From a virus (Duplodnaviria; Caudoviricetes): 64,000 nt of DNA. The DNA is taken from positions 64,001-128,000 of the IMG/VR virus record IMGVR_UViG_3300028886_000003, one strand, 5' to 3'. Every line of letters starts with the position of its first letter. Positions within the stretch are counted from its first letter, which is position 1. Shown in pieces: positions 18,782 to 28,783 of this stretch. The position numbers and the translations under genes were made by a program. The notes beneath the pieces are model-generated. The model was given only the letters and a program-made list of their open reading frames with translations, was not told where the DNA came from and did not search any database.

Positions 18782-18890
18782 CGCCACAGGTGGGATTTGC
18801 ACCCACATCAAACTCTCTGCACTTTAAATATACGAGGCGCTCTCTTTTTGCAACTTTGCCTAGGACGCTGTATAATTGAGCTACTGCGGC
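18782..18890 (-). ncRNA. Atypical tRNA-like RNA (enlarged D-loop, irregular anticodon arm)
   Basis: GCCGCAG/CTGTGGC acceptor, TAGCTC..GAGC D-stem, GTGGG-TGCAAAT-CCCAC T-arm; lies within the tRNA cluster. Confidence 0.65.
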
Positions 18891-18897
18891 GATTGAA

Positions 18898-18979
18898 TGA
18901 TAGAGACCGGATTTGAACCGGTGAACCACTAAGGAACGAGTCCTAAACACGTCGTCTTTGACCGCTTGACTACTCTATC
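18898..18979 (-). tRNA. tRNA-Leu(TAG)
   Basis: GATAGAG/CTCTATC, loop TT-TAG-GA, variable arm, GGTTCAAATCC. Confidence 0.9.
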
Positions 18980-19006
18980 GAAAATTGTTATATTTTATTA
19001 ACAAAA

Positions 19007-19117
19007 AGCCTAAGGAGGGACTCGAACCCCCAACCTATTGATTTCTTGTATTAAGATTATCTACTAAATCATTAATATTACAAGTCAATCGCTCTACCCA
19101 TTTGGAGCTACTCAGGC
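19007..19117 (-). tRNA. tRNA-Thr(TGT) with 36-nt canonical 37/38 intron (19043-19078)
   Basis: BHB motif: CTTG/CAAG 4-bp helix flanked by 3-nt bulges TAA and AAA, then TATTAA/TTAATA. Confidence 0.92.
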
Positions 19118-19135
19118 TAGTAGATGAAGAAAAGC

Positions 19136-19534
19136 CTAAGCTCCTTCTTCATCATTTTCAGAAATAGTATTTGGTATTTCTGAGTCTTGTGCAATGTCAT
19201 CTTCTGATTCAATATCTTCAAACACTGCATCTGAATTATTTTTAATCCTTGTCCCTTTTGTGATGATAGCATCAACAACTTGAGGAGAAGAATATGCTGT
19301 TATACCAGCAATAAACCATGTTGGAACTGAAGATGCAGCTAACATTCCTGGATTAGACTCTATTAAAATTAAAGCCGCTACTACACCAATAATTATTGAT
19401 GAGAGAGATCCTAAGTTAAAAGAAACATCTTTTCCAATCTTATACCATGTTGGTAGCACAAATTTACCTTTCATCAGGTAAACTCTTACTATTACGCCGA
19501 TAATAATAGCAAGATATACGTAAATATCATACAT
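19136..19534 (-). CDS. Small multi-TM membrane protein (holin-like candidate)
   Basis: Three hydrophobic segments and a charged acidic tail. Confidence 0.55.
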   Translation of the reverse strand: MYDIYVYLAIIIGVIVRVYLMKGKFVLPTWYKIGKDVSFNLGSLSSIIIGVVAALILIESNPGMLAASSVPTWFIAGITAYSSPQVVDAIITKGTRIKNNSDAVFEDIESEDDIAQDSEIPNTISENDEEGA

Positions 19535-19587
19535 TTTTTTACCTCCAATAATATTTTATATCAAAGATATATATATATTTTGTGGTT

Positions 19588-19878
19588 TTATAAATTAGTA
19601 AAATCAATTGGAATTTGTAATGTATGTTTTCCACATTTTAAAAATAATATAATTTTTTCATCTTGAACAACTGAATGGCTATATTCAATCTCTGAATCAA
19701 CATTAAGATGTGTATGTAAAATTTGTTGGCTAAAATTAGGTAATACGATATTAGATAATTCCTCACCATCAAATTCCAACTCAATACCATTATCAAGCTT
19801 AATACATTGTGGCTGATTACATTCAGACAATCGAATATGTAATTCATCTTGATCTTGTATATACTTAACTACTGTCAT
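19588..19878 (-). CDS. DUF2283-like protein
   Basis: YIQDQDELHIRL...LDNGIELEFDGEELSNIVL. Confidence 0.55.
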   Translation of the reverse strand: MTVVKYIQDQDELHIRLSECNQPQCIKLDNGIELEFDGEELSNIVLPNFSQQILHTHLNVDSEIEYSHSVVQDEKIILFLKCGKHTLQIPIDFTNL

Positions 19879-20224
19879 TATGCACCTGAATAATATGTGT
19901 TACTACTGATTTATCATCATTTTGTGTTACAAATTGATAATGATGCCCAACTTCTATATTATTAAAAATATCTCTACCAAAACTGTCTGGAGGCAAATCA
20001 TATGACTCATTTTTATCATTTATAACAATATATCTCTGATGACCATTATTGTCAACATATTTGTCAGCTACTGTAAATTCAGTATAATTAATACTTTGGT
20101 CATGAAAAGTATTACTCATATACATAATACCTAATGTTCCAATACCAAATACTAATAACATTACAATTAAAATTATTAGTATATACTTACATTTTGATTG
20201 TTTTATTCTGTTAATTATTTTCAT
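19865..20224 (-). CDS. Single-TM membrane protein
   Basis: N-terminal hydrophobic helix. Confidence 0.6.
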   Translation of the reverse strand: MKIINRIKQSKCKYILIILIVMLLVFGIGTLGIMYMSNTFHDQSINYTEFTVADKYVDNNGHQRYIVINDKNESYDLPPDSFGRDIFNNIEVGHHYQFVTQNDDKSVVTHIIQVHNDSS

Positions 20225-20852
20225 TTTGCTGCTCCCTTGCTTTTTGACATGGAATACATTTTTCTCTAAAAGTATAATCTACATCAATTGCCATATCTTC
20301 TGTTGCTCTTTCAGATATGCCTTCAAATAATTCTTTTAAAATCATATCTACCTGTGCTTGTTCATCCTTCATATGTGTATCAAATTGTATTTCATACATT
20401 ATATCAACTTTTTCCACAGGATAATATTTATAAGTTACACGATTTATTGTATCATTATTTTTTGCTCTAAAGTCAAATATATATCTTGTTAAGTCTTCGT
20501 ATTTAGCTACGAGATTTTCATGATCTTTTCTGCCTTCAACTAAAATATCAAATAAATCTATTGTATGATATGTCCAATATGTTTGTGATCCATCCCAATA
20601 TTTGAATCTAAATTTTTCATCTCTTAAATCAATAGTTAATGATGCTACATTTTGTTGTTCTACCATATTTTCTGCACGCATATTAGTATGGTATAACATT
20701 GATAAATTAGTTACAAAATTTTTATTATTTAAGAAATTAAGTATTTCAGTGATTTTTTCTATTTTTTTCTCACATTCTATATATGTAAGTATTCTTAATT
20801 CAATATATGATGCTGGAGCTCCTAATTCATCAACAAAATACTTCTCAGTCAT
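20211..20852 (-). CDS. Hypothetical protein
   Basis: 213-aa ORF with C-terminal CxxC. Confidence 0.6.
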   Translation of the reverse strand: MTEKYFVDELGAPASYIELRILTYIECEKKIEKITEILNFLNNKNFVTNLSMLYHTNMRAENMVEQQNVASLTIDLRDEKFRFKYWDGSQTYWTYHTIDLFDILVEGRKDHENLVAKYEDLTRYIFDFRAKNNDTINRVTYKYYPVEKVDIMYEIQFDTHMKDEQAQVDMILKELFEGISERATEDMAIDVDYTFREKCIPCQKAREQQNENN

Positions 20853-20982
20853 TTTCTATCTCACTACCCATTACCATTTCTTTTCCATAGATTGAAGTAA
20901 TTGAATATTGTTGGAATGCTCTAACATATGGTGCTGCAAAATCTTTTTTTAATATTTTACAATTTTTATCTGTATACATTTT

Positions 20983-21240
20983 TTAATCCTCCGAATGTAT
21001 TGAAAATGTTTTAATATTACTATATAATATTTCACAAACTGTATCGTTTGTGTTAATTTGCATATAATCTCTTATTAACTTTATTTTTACTGAATCGGAG
21101 ATATAAATATATAAATCATTTAACAAGATAAAAGAAGCATCATAAGATAAAAAAATATATTCTGAATCACATTGGTAATTATTTTGATATATTTGATTCA
21201 AAGTATCATCTAATTGAAATTTATTTTCTATATGTTGCAT
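20983..21240 (-). CDS. Hypothetical protein
   Basis: GAGGT RBS. Confidence 0.5.
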   Translation of the reverse strand: MQHIENKFQLDDTLNQIYQNNYQCDSEYIFLSYDASFILLNDLYIYISDSVKIKLIRDYMQINTNDTVCEILYSNIKTFSIHSED

Positions 21241-21301
21241 TTTCTTTACCTCATTTTCATATTTGTAACAACAATATAAAAAGGTTAAGATTTTTCAACT
21301 A

Positions 21302-21607
21302 TTATTGATATAGTCCAACATTTGTTTCAGTACCTTTTTGTACTTCTAATAAATCAGCACCATTATATATTCCTATTGCAATAATTTCATCTTTTCTTAT
21401 TGTCATACTTTGTGAAACATTGCCTAAAAATACTAAAAATGATGCCCAATCATCATCTTCGTACATGTAACAGCACATATCATATCTTAAAGTTTTTGTT
21501 TCAATAGTTAAGAGAAGTTCTTCTATTTCTTCTACATGTTCTCCATCTACATAATCCTTGTCTACTAAATATTGATCCATAGCAAGTATTTGCTTTTTAA
21601 TATTCAT
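21302..21607 (-). CDS. Hypothetical protein
   Basis: ATGA overlap with the upstream gene. Confidence 0.55.
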   Translation of the reverse strand: MNIKKQILAMDQYLVDKDYVDGEHVEEIEELLLTIETKTLRYDMCCYMYEDDDWASFLVFLGNVSQSMTIRKDEIIAIGIYNGADLLEVQKGTETNVGLYQ

Positions 21608-21846
21608 TTAAACACATCTATTTGTTTGATATTGTTATAATTATACCAAACTTTACTGATAGGGCCTGATTGAATAATGAAGCCATTTTCTTCATATTCA
21701 ATCTCCGATGGTTTAATACCACCTTTGCCAATAATTATTTTTGTGCCATCATTAAGATATATATTTATAATTTTACTTTCAAGCACTTTTGACATTAGTT
21801 CTTTTTTAAAAGACATATTATATCTCCTTATATTCGTATAAAACAT
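21604..21846 (-). CDS. Hypothetical protein
   Basis: ORF in operon. Confidence 0.5.
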   Translation of the reverse strand: MFYTNIRRYNMSFKKELMSKVLESKIINIYLNDGTKIIIGKGGIKPSEIEYEENGFIIQSGPISKVWYNYNNIKQIDVFK

Positions 21847-22105
21847 AAAATTTATCAGTTAAGTTTTTAGTATAATCTTCTATGAAATTAACATTTTTTA
21901 TACCTTCTTCCAAAACAGATGGATGTCGATCTATATAGATTTCATTATCAAAAATATAATAATTATATTCTTTTTTTAATGATTGTAGAAACTTAAATTC
22001 TGAGTCAGTAAGATCAAATTTTTCTAATGCCTTAACTATGGTATGTCTTTCAGAAGATTCTGTGTATACTACATCATGAGATATAATTCTTGTCAATTGA
22101 TACAT
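21818..22105 (-). CDS. Hypothetical protein
   Basis: GGAGG RBS. Confidence 0.5.
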   Translation of the reverse strand: MYQLTRIISHDVVYTESSERHTIVKALEKFDLTDSEFKFLQSLKKEYNYYIFDNEIYIDRHPSVLEEGIKNVNFIEDYTKNLTDKFYVLYEYKEI

Positions 22106-22703
22106 TTAAGTCCTCCATATGTTCTTCTGCTAATTTTTTATATACATCTGATAAATGTAAATAATGTTGTACTCTTTCTTCAGTACTCATAACTTTAGAA
22201 TTTTTAGAAGAAAAAAATGCACGTTCATTTGTATTACATAGTAATTTTATAACTTCTACACATGATTTGAGATCGGTATCATTATCTACAACAAAATCCA
22301 CATCTGATTTTGAAGGTATACTAATGTTTCTATTCTTTCTTTTTTCATCTATATAAACATTTTTTCGTTTTATTAAAACAGATAATACTTCTGCCTTTGG
22401 TAATGCAGATAAAACACAGTTAATTCCTGAAACATCAGTAATGTATACGTTAATTTTATCTTCAACAAATTGTTTTTTTAAACTTAAATAATAATACCCA
22501 TCTATTTTAGTGAAGCCTGCAACATTGCTTAAATCCACTTTATTAAAATATTCTTTGTCGACAAAAATATGATCATTATCATTATCTCTTTTAGGACGAT
22601 TAGTTAATGATTTAATAATATTATATTTATCATTTTGTGCGAGTTTCATAGCTATACTACTTTTGCCAACACCTGGTGAACCACAAAGAAAGAGAATTTT
22701 CAT
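22074..22703 (-). CDS. Guanylate kinase-like nucleotide kinase
   Basis: GSPGVGKS, SLTNRPKR, DHIFVD, GYYY. Confidence 0.75.
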   Translation of the reverse strand: MKILFLCGSPGVGKSSIAMKLAQNDKYNIIKSLTNRPKRDNDNDHIFVDKEYFNKVDLSNVAGFTKIDGYYYLSLKKQFVEDKINVYITDVSGINCVLSALPKAEVLSVLIKRKNVYIDEKRKNRNISIPSKSDVDFVVDNDTDLKSCVEVIKLLCNTNERAFFSSKNSKVMSTEERVQHYLHLSDVYKKLAEEHMEDLNVSIDKNYIS

Positions 22704-23101
22704 TAAACCCCCTCCTCTTCGTCTTTGAATATTTTTACAAATAAATTTGCATATGAAAAATCTGATTGTACTCTAATTGCATCTAAGTCTTGATTATATG
22801 AATCTCTAAGATTATAAATGTGATTAAAAGCATTTGAATTTTTTTTACTAACAAAAGCAACTACTTCTTGATCATTCATATCACATAAATAATATCCATT
22901 ATTATCATCGAAAACTTGGAATCTTGCATCGCACCATTTAATCCATTCTTTAATAACGTCAGTAACATCTAATCTTGCTAACTTACTTGCATTACGAATA
23001 GCAAAAGCATCTATTATTTTTGAGTCCATTTTATCACCTTTTTTTAATTGGTATTTTCCATACCGCACTAAACCAATATCTATCGTCAATTTCTTTTGCA
23101 T
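22703..23101 (-). CDS. Hypothetical protein (probable start MDSKII)
   Basis: GGTGA RBS before the internal Met. Confidence 0.5.
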   Translation of the reverse strand: MQKKLTIDIGLVRYGKYQLKKGDKMDSKIIDAFAIRNASKLARLDVTDVIKEWIKWCDARFQVFDDNNGYYLCDMNDQEVVAFVSKKNSNAFNHIYNLRDSYNQDLDAIRVQSDFSYANLFVKIFKDEEEGV

Positions 23102-23633
23102 CTATGCCTAAGGTATCTGCTATAATGCTTGTAGACATTGATGTATTACCAATAGGTTTTATAACAATATTTGTATTTGTTAAATAACAATATGCATTTT
23201 TTATCTTTTGCATATGTGATAAAACCATATTAGAGGCATCAATATAGTCTTGAATAGTTTCTGCTTCACTTAAGAAATTAATTTTATCCCATAAAGATAT
23301 ATCCGGCATTTTCCATTCTACAAAATCATCTAATTCTCCTTTTTCCCTCATATTTTCCATCTCCGCTACAAATTCTGGGTCCAATAAAAGTTTACTTTCT
23401 AATGTATCTAACATGTCCCAGCAAAAATTAAATATAGTAGTAGTATCATTTGATACAGGTTTAGAACTGCATCTAAAAGAACTTAATCTATCTTCAAGTT
23501 TAAAAAGTTCATCTGATGTAATAGTTGCCATATTAGGGCTTGAATACATATGGCCATCTACATTAATCCAAAATTTTGCATTATCTTCGTCATCATAGTT
23601 ATCTAAATATTCTTTGATATGTTTAATCTTCAT
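23034..23633 (-). CDS. Hypothetical protein
   Basis: 199-aa ORF with GGTGA RBS. Confidence 0.55.
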   Translation of the reverse strand: MKIKHIKEYLDNYDDEDNAKFWINVDGHMYSSPNMATITSDELFKLEDRLSSFRCSSKPVSNDTTTIFNFCWDMLDTLESKLLLDPEFVAEMENMREKGELDDFVEWKMPDISLWDKINFLSEAETIQDYIDASNMVLSHMQKIKNAYCYLTNTNIVIKPIGNTSMSTSIIADTLGIDAKEIDDRYWFSAVWKIPIKKR

Positions 23634-23933
23634 TTAATCACCATTCATTACTAAGTCTATAGCTGCTTCCAGCATTAATTTTGTTGACATATATTCTTGC
23701 TCTGAAATTGAAGGCAAGTTTATAGATTTTTCTCTAATATATGAGTTGTAATAATCAAATCCACTTGAAATTGATTCGTATATATCATCGGCAGAAATAT
23801 ATCCTTCGGTTTCATTTGTAATGTAATCACAAATCTTTTTTACAAATGCTGCTGATATTGAATCTCCTTCTTGATATGATGATATTATATCATACATTAT
23901 ATCCCACATTACATCTTCAGAAATAAGGTTCAT
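23634..23933 (-). CDS. Hypothetical protein
   Basis: ORF in operon. Confidence 0.5.
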   Translation of the reverse strand: MNLISEDVMWDIMYDIISSYQEGDSISAAFVKKICDYITNETEGYISADDIYESISSGFDYYNSYIREKSINLPSISEQEYMSTKLMLEAAIDLVMNGD

Positions 23934-24221
23934 CTATACAACCCCCATATATTGTAGTGCTTCACGTCCAAGTTCTGTTATACTGTAAATTCTATTTCTA
24001 GCGACATTATTATGCTTTATAAAGCCATGATCTACTAATCCTTTGATTAATCTATGCATATAAAAATATCTTGCGTCAGATATTTCTTCATTATATATCA
24101 CTGATACTCTAGAAATTATTTCAGTTGCTGGTCCTTTTTCTTGAAGGACAGATAATAGAATAGCCTGCCTGATATCACTACCCATTATATAACTTAAATC
24201 ATCATCATTCAATTGTATCAC
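23934..24221 (-). CDS. Winged helix-turn-helix protein
   Basis: IRQAIL...IKGLVDHGFI...YSITELGREAL. Confidence 0.7.
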   Translation of the reverse strand: MIQLNDDDLSYIMGSDIRQAILLSVLQEKGPATEIISRVSVIYNEEISDARYFYMHRLIKGLVDHGFIKHNNVARNRIYSITELGREALQYMGVV

Positions 24222-24436
24222 ATCCTTTTCATATCTTTTAAAACATCATCCGGTATATATGTTAAACAAAATTCCTCCCATGAGAAAACAATATCCGGCA
24301 CAAAAAAATTCTCAGAAAATTTCGCACATTGTATTATATGTAGTAATGCAGTTCGAGCTGTTGAACAATCGACTACTTTTGATACTAATTCTTCTGTTAA
24401 TTCTACAAATTCATCTACATCTTGTTGTGTTGTCAT
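24218..24436 (-). CDS. Hypothetical protein
   Basis: ORF in operon. Confidence 0.5.
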   Translation of the reverse strand: MTTQQDVDEFVELTEELVSKVVDCSTARTALLHIIQCAKFSENFFVPDIVFSWEEFCLTYIPDDVLKDMKRM

Positions 24437-24752
24437 TTTTTATACCCCCATTCTGTTATACCATGCACCTGACTCAGTTCCTGGTGCAAATAGTAATATA
24501 ATTAATACAAATAACATAAAACCTACTATTGTTCCAACTACAAATAATTGATATTGATTTTCATATACCCATGATTTTAGGTTCATATTGTTCCCTCCGC
24601 AATATATGTTTTATTTTCATTAATGAGAAAATTAATAAAAGTTGCAAAGATTACTTTATTGTTTCTTCTTAATGAAAGATATACGAAACTTAGTTCTTCA
24701 TCGGTCATTTGCCTCCATCTATTAGCTAATTGATGTTGGTATTGATAACGAG

Positions 24753-25181
24753 TCATAAAAATGCACCTCCTATTGCACAATGTTTATTGACAAAATAAAA
24801 ATATAATGTTTTTGCTATATGTACTGGTACTTCAAATACTACATTTAAATAAACATAATATGTTTGATTTTTCCATTTACTATAATAATATTTAAAAACG
24901 TCCAATAAATCGTAATATTCTTTTGCATAATCAAAAGCATAGTAAAACAACATTTCTTCTACGTTATAGCATTCTTCTTTTATGGTTAGTCTTAGTTTAT
25001 TCATGTATATGTAAAGACCGACATTATATTTTTGTTTAGTTTTAAGCATTTCATTGTATTTTTTTACAAATCTTTTAATGTGCTTTTGTAATCGATTTAA
25101 TGATATGTAGAATCCTTGATCAGGAAATATCTTTGATATATCGTTCTCAGTTATTCTTTTTTCACAAATCATTTGTATCAC
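24753..25181 (-). CDS. Hypothetical protein
   Basis: GAGGTGA RBS; TATA box upstream (about 25206-25225). Confidence 0.5.
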   Translation of the reverse strand: MIQMICEKRITENDISKIFPDQGFYISLNRLQKHIKRFVKKYNEMLKTKQKYNVGLYIYMNKLRLTIKEECYNVEEMLFYYAFDYAKEYYDLLDVFKYYYSKWKNQTYYVYLNVVFEVPVHIAKTLYFYFVNKHCAIGGAFL

Positions 25182-25359
25182 CTCTCTAAATATACTTTTA
25201 TTTAACCCTATATATAAATGTTTTGGTTATATATGAATTAGGACCACCCATTGATATCCGCATGTTTTACATTTTACTTTAATTTTTTTTGTGTGCAATC
25301 CTGCATCATAATAATAATCAATTAAATATGTGTCATTTGATGTACATACTGGACATTTT

Positions 25360-25713
25360 TTAATAGCCACGATCACCCACCTGCCATAATTCTTCACTAT
25401 TGATGAAACTATATAGTGTATTATCTGAATGATATGGTGAATAACGAGGGCTAGTTTTCATATAAACAGGTAATATTCCAGACCCAAAACTTTCTGTCAC
25501 ATCAAGTAAAACTAACTTACCTAATAAATTTTCTGTCTTTTCTACACCATATTCTTTTTTGATACTGCGTGTTTTTGTATCGCTAAATAAAAGATGGTTA
25601 TACCAACCATCCATATCTAATATACAAATATCATAAAAATAAAGTCCATTTGTTTTATTTTTTGATATGTATGTTATTTTTCCTGCTGTCCATTTTTTTT
25701 CCATTACGATCAT
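25360..25713 (-). CDS. Hypothetical protein
   Basis: 117-aa ORF. Confidence 0.5.
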   Translation of the reverse strand: MIVMEKKWTAGKITYISKNKTNGLYFYDICILDMDGWYNHLLFSDTKTRSIKKEYGVEKTENLLGKLVLLDVTESFGSGILPVYMKTSPRYSPYHSDNTLYSFINSEELWQVGDRGY

Positions 25714-25792
25714 CTCATTATTATTGCTAAAAAGAGGATAAATAAAGCGAAAATTATCCCCATATATCCTAATAAGATTTGAAGTGAATACA

Positions 25793-26716
25793 TTATTTGG
25801 GTAACCATTTAAAATCTCCTGCTCTTTCTTTTACTTGATCTAGTGTTGGCATATTTGTTTGACAACCTTCTTTTTGTACAATAAAAGAGGCAACCGCTGA
25901 TCCAAATATTGCACATTCTTCTATTGGCGCTCCATTAATAAGAGCATATAAAAATCCTGCTTGGTAAGAATCTCCAGCACCTGTTGGATCAACAGCATCA
26001 ACTTCAAAAGGTCTAGTATTCCAATGACTTTCTTCATCTTTGGAAAATATAGTTGAACCTTTTTTTCCTAATGTTTTTACTACGTATTCTACACCAAGCT
26101 CAAATGGGTGTTGTTTTAATTTTTCATTCATAGTGTAAAATTCATTTTCATTACAAAATAATATATCTACACCTTGTAAAACATCTGATAATTGTTCAGA
26201 ACTATATGAATGTAATGCTTGCCCAGGATTAAAAGATACTATAATGTTATCATCCATACCTGTGTATTCTGTGCATTTTTTAGCATATGTTGGAGGTACT
26301 GTTGTAATATGTACCACTTCTGATTTATCAATGCATTCTTTTGGAACAGGTGCTTTATTAAAATATTCAGATGCTCCTTCTGATATGTAACTTTTTTGAA
26401 CTCCTTCTGAATCTGTAAATACAAAACATTCACTTGTTAAATCGGAAACAATTTTTAAATTTGCTAGACAATTATCATCATATTTCATATAATTGAAATA
26501 AACTGTATCTACAAAATCATAGCCAACAGGACTATATAATCCTGTTTCTGCTCCTAACCTTGATGCAACAAGAGCTACATTTGCCCCTGTTCCACCATGA
26601 TATCTATTATATTTTTGTATTTTTTGCGGAGAACCTTCATCTGCAAATTTTTCAACATTAATAATGTGATCAAAGTTTGTATGCCCAATTGAAAATATTT
26701 CATACATTATTATCAC
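25793..26716 (-). CDS. PfkB/ribokinase-family kinase (archaeal nucleoside kinase-like)
   Basis: GGTGANVA, FNPG, NENE, KTLG..G, DPTGAGDSYQAG. Confidence 0.9.
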   Translation of the reverse strand: MIIMYEIFSIGHTNFDHIINVEKFADEGSPQKIQKYNRYHGGTGANVALVASRLGAETGLYSPVGYDFVDTVYFNYMKYDDNCLANLKIVSDLTSECFVFTDSEGVQKSYISEGASEYFNKAPVPKECIDKSEVVHITTVPPTYAKKCTEYTGMDDNIIVSFNPGQALHSYSSEQLSDVLQGVDILFCNENEFYTMNEKLKQHPFELGVEYVVKTLGKKGSTIFSKDEESHWNTRPFEVDAVDPTGAGDSYQAGFLYALINGAPIEECAIFGSAVASFIVQKEGCQTNMPTLDQVKERAGDFKWLPK

Positions 26717-26930
26717 TTCGTTTAATTAATTTTTTTAATTGATGAACTAAATTATTGTATTTTCTATTTGCTTCCGCGGTAAGATAAATTTGATGATTTA
26801 GAAAATTAAGCCATTCTGTTGCTTTCTCTGGTTCATCTAATTTAAACATTATTGGATCTAATTCTTTATGTAAATCATGTATGTATATAGCATAATCTGT
26901 AGCTTCAAGATAGAAACGTTTTGATTTCAT
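26700..26930 (-). CDS. 'KRF' paralog-family small protein
   Basis: MKSKRF...WLNFLN. Confidence 0.5.
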   Translation of the reverse strand: MKSKRFYLEATDYAIYIHDLHKELDPIMFKLDEPEKATEWLNFLNHQIYLTAEANRKYNNLVHQLKKLIKRSDNNV

Positions 26931-26932
26931 TT

Positions 26933-27403
26933 TTAACCTCCTTCTTCGTTATTTTCTTCTTCATCATTAAGATTTATTTTAAAGTCTTGGACTGGAATTT
27001 CATGTCTATTACCATCATCATCGGTAACTGATAGTGATGCATCATAATGTCCAAATAAAACACTTGGTTCATCATCTTCTTCGTTATTAAATAAATCTTC
27101 GAATCCATTAGGGACAACAGTATCGGATGGTACAATGTCTTTTGATGAAGGTGTTCCTGCAGAAAGTATTTTTTTTAATAACTGAAGAAAAGTGTGATCA
27201 TGTTTTAGTTTAATTGCTAATACATCTTGTCCTCCTATTTCACCATATCCACACTCAATGTCATCAATAGGAATTTTATGTTCTCCGTCATCATAAAATA
27301 ATACTAAATTATCAACATTGTATTCTTCTGATGCTTCTGCTAGTCCTTCTTTTATTGTATCTAATACTTCAAAAAAATCTTTTAGTTTCATCATATATAT
27401 CAC
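26933..27403 (-). CDS. Hypothetical acidic protein with internal duplication
   Basis: DDGEHKIPIDD / DDGNRHEIPVQD. Confidence 0.55.
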   Translation of the reverse strand: MIYMMKLKDFFEVLDTIKEGLAEASEEYNVDNLVLFYDDGEHKIPIDDIECGYGEIGGQDVLAIKLKHDHTFLQLLKKILSAGTPSSKDIVPSDTVVPNGFEDLFNNEEDDEPSVLFGHYDASLSVTDDDGNRHEIPVQDFKINLNDEEENNEEGG

Positions 27404-27709
27404 CTATATGTAATGTGGACAAATTGAGTCTAAAACAGGGGTTTTATGGTTAAAATTACATATTAATTTACCATCTCTGGTCCATGTGGTACGTCCACAG
27501 TTACCACAGCAACGAGCATTGCAATTCATTTGTTCAACTTCATCTATAAATTCTGATAAATTAGAGAGTTGAGTTTCTCGTTCATCTATTCTTTTTATAT
27601 CTAAATATTCTCTTTCTACTTTGTCGAAAAAGTTTACATGTTGTTGAGCGTCCCATATGTGGAAAAATACTGCTTCAACATTATTCTTGTACAAAACTAC
27701 ATAAATCAT
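27404..27709 (-). CDS. Hypothetical protein with Cys cluster
   Basis: CCGNC...C...C; GAGGTGA RBS. Confidence 0.55.
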   Translation of the reverse strand: MIYVVLYKNNVEAVFFHIWDAQQHVNFFDKVEREYLDIKRIDERETQLSNLSEFIDEVEQMNCNARCCGNCGRTTWTRDGKLICNFNHKTPVLDSICPHYI

Positions 27710-27744
27710 TTTATCACCTCATTGTTTTGTAATTATAATTTTAA

Positions 27745-27769
27745 TTAAACTCATATATAAATGTTTCTA
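27745..27769 (-). promoter_or_regulatory. TATA promoter; identical 25-bp copy at 38718-38742
   Basis: minus TAGAAACATTTATATATGAGTTTAA. Confidence 0.75.
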
Positions 27770-28253
27770 TTATATTTCTTTTTTAGGTATAGCTACAATA
27801 GATAGAAATGGATCATCGTGTAAATATGGTGATTCATCTATTTCAAAATGAATCTCGTAATAGTAAGAAAGTATGAATATTGCTTCATCTTCTGATATTT
27901 GATCTCGATCCATTATTTTATTAATAAGTTGCCTGTAACATTCTTTATATGCATCGTAAACTATTTTATTATACCTATCTTGAAAATGTGAAAGGTATCT
28001 TGGATGTATTTCTGATTCAATACGTTCTGCTTGAAGTTTCATTTTTATCACACCCTTTGTGATTGTACACACTTAATTAACTGATGCTCTAATTCCTTAT
28101 TATTGTCATAAAGTTTATTAAGTTCATAAGTGATTATTTGAGCATCTGTTTTATATTTAAGCCCACCAATAATAAGTAAACCATTAGGATCACGTATTGA
28201 ATATTCACCAATAACATTAGTTACAACTTTATATTCTTTTATATCCATATTTT

Positions 28254-28598
28254 TTACTCCTTATATTCTTTTAAATAATCAACATATTGGAATATGCTAT
28301 CTTTATGGTAAACTTCTTCTCTTAATTTCTTTAAGCATTCTTCTTCAAGCAAATATTTGTCATCTTTTGTTTTTCTATATTTTGCTTGACAGTACCATAT
28401 TTTAAATTGTAATAATTCGGTTAAGTAATCAGAATCATATCCATTATTATTTAAAACTTCAACAATTTCTTCTGCATTATATGCCATGTCTAAATTCTGA
28501 TTATATACTGATGTATTGTCTTTAAATGCTCTATCGTCGCTACATCTTTCGCACTCTACTACTACAAAACGATCTCTTCTTGGCTTCCAATATTTCAT
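28254..28598 (-). CDS. Paralog-family protein
   Basis: RFVVVECERCSDDRAF shared with 29155..29535. Confidence 0.6.
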   Translation of the reverse strand: MKYWKPRRDRFVVVECERCSDDRAFKDNTSVYNQNLDMAYNAEEIVEVLNNNGYDSDYLTELLQFKIWYCQAKYRKTKDDKYLLEEECLKKLREEVYHKDSIFQYVDYLKEYKE

Positions 28599-28783
28599 TT
28601 TTTATACACCACCTTTTCTTATATAATCCATTTTCTCTTTAAACATTTTATCTTTAATTTCCAAATATGCAGTATTACCATATTTTAATCGTAATTCTGC
28701 TTCTTTTAGTGTATTTGCTTCTTTAAGTTCACTTGTTATTTCTCTTATAACATCAGCAGTATCTCTTGAAATCTCTATGCGCA

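Noticed and set aside
18782-18890. Ochre suppressor tRNA / genome recoding
   Set aside because: Anticodon arm is irregular, and ORFs are intact under the standard code with TAA used as a common stop
18762-18950. 62-aa ORF, and likewise 16222..16404
   Set aside because: Overlap tRNA genes; spurious
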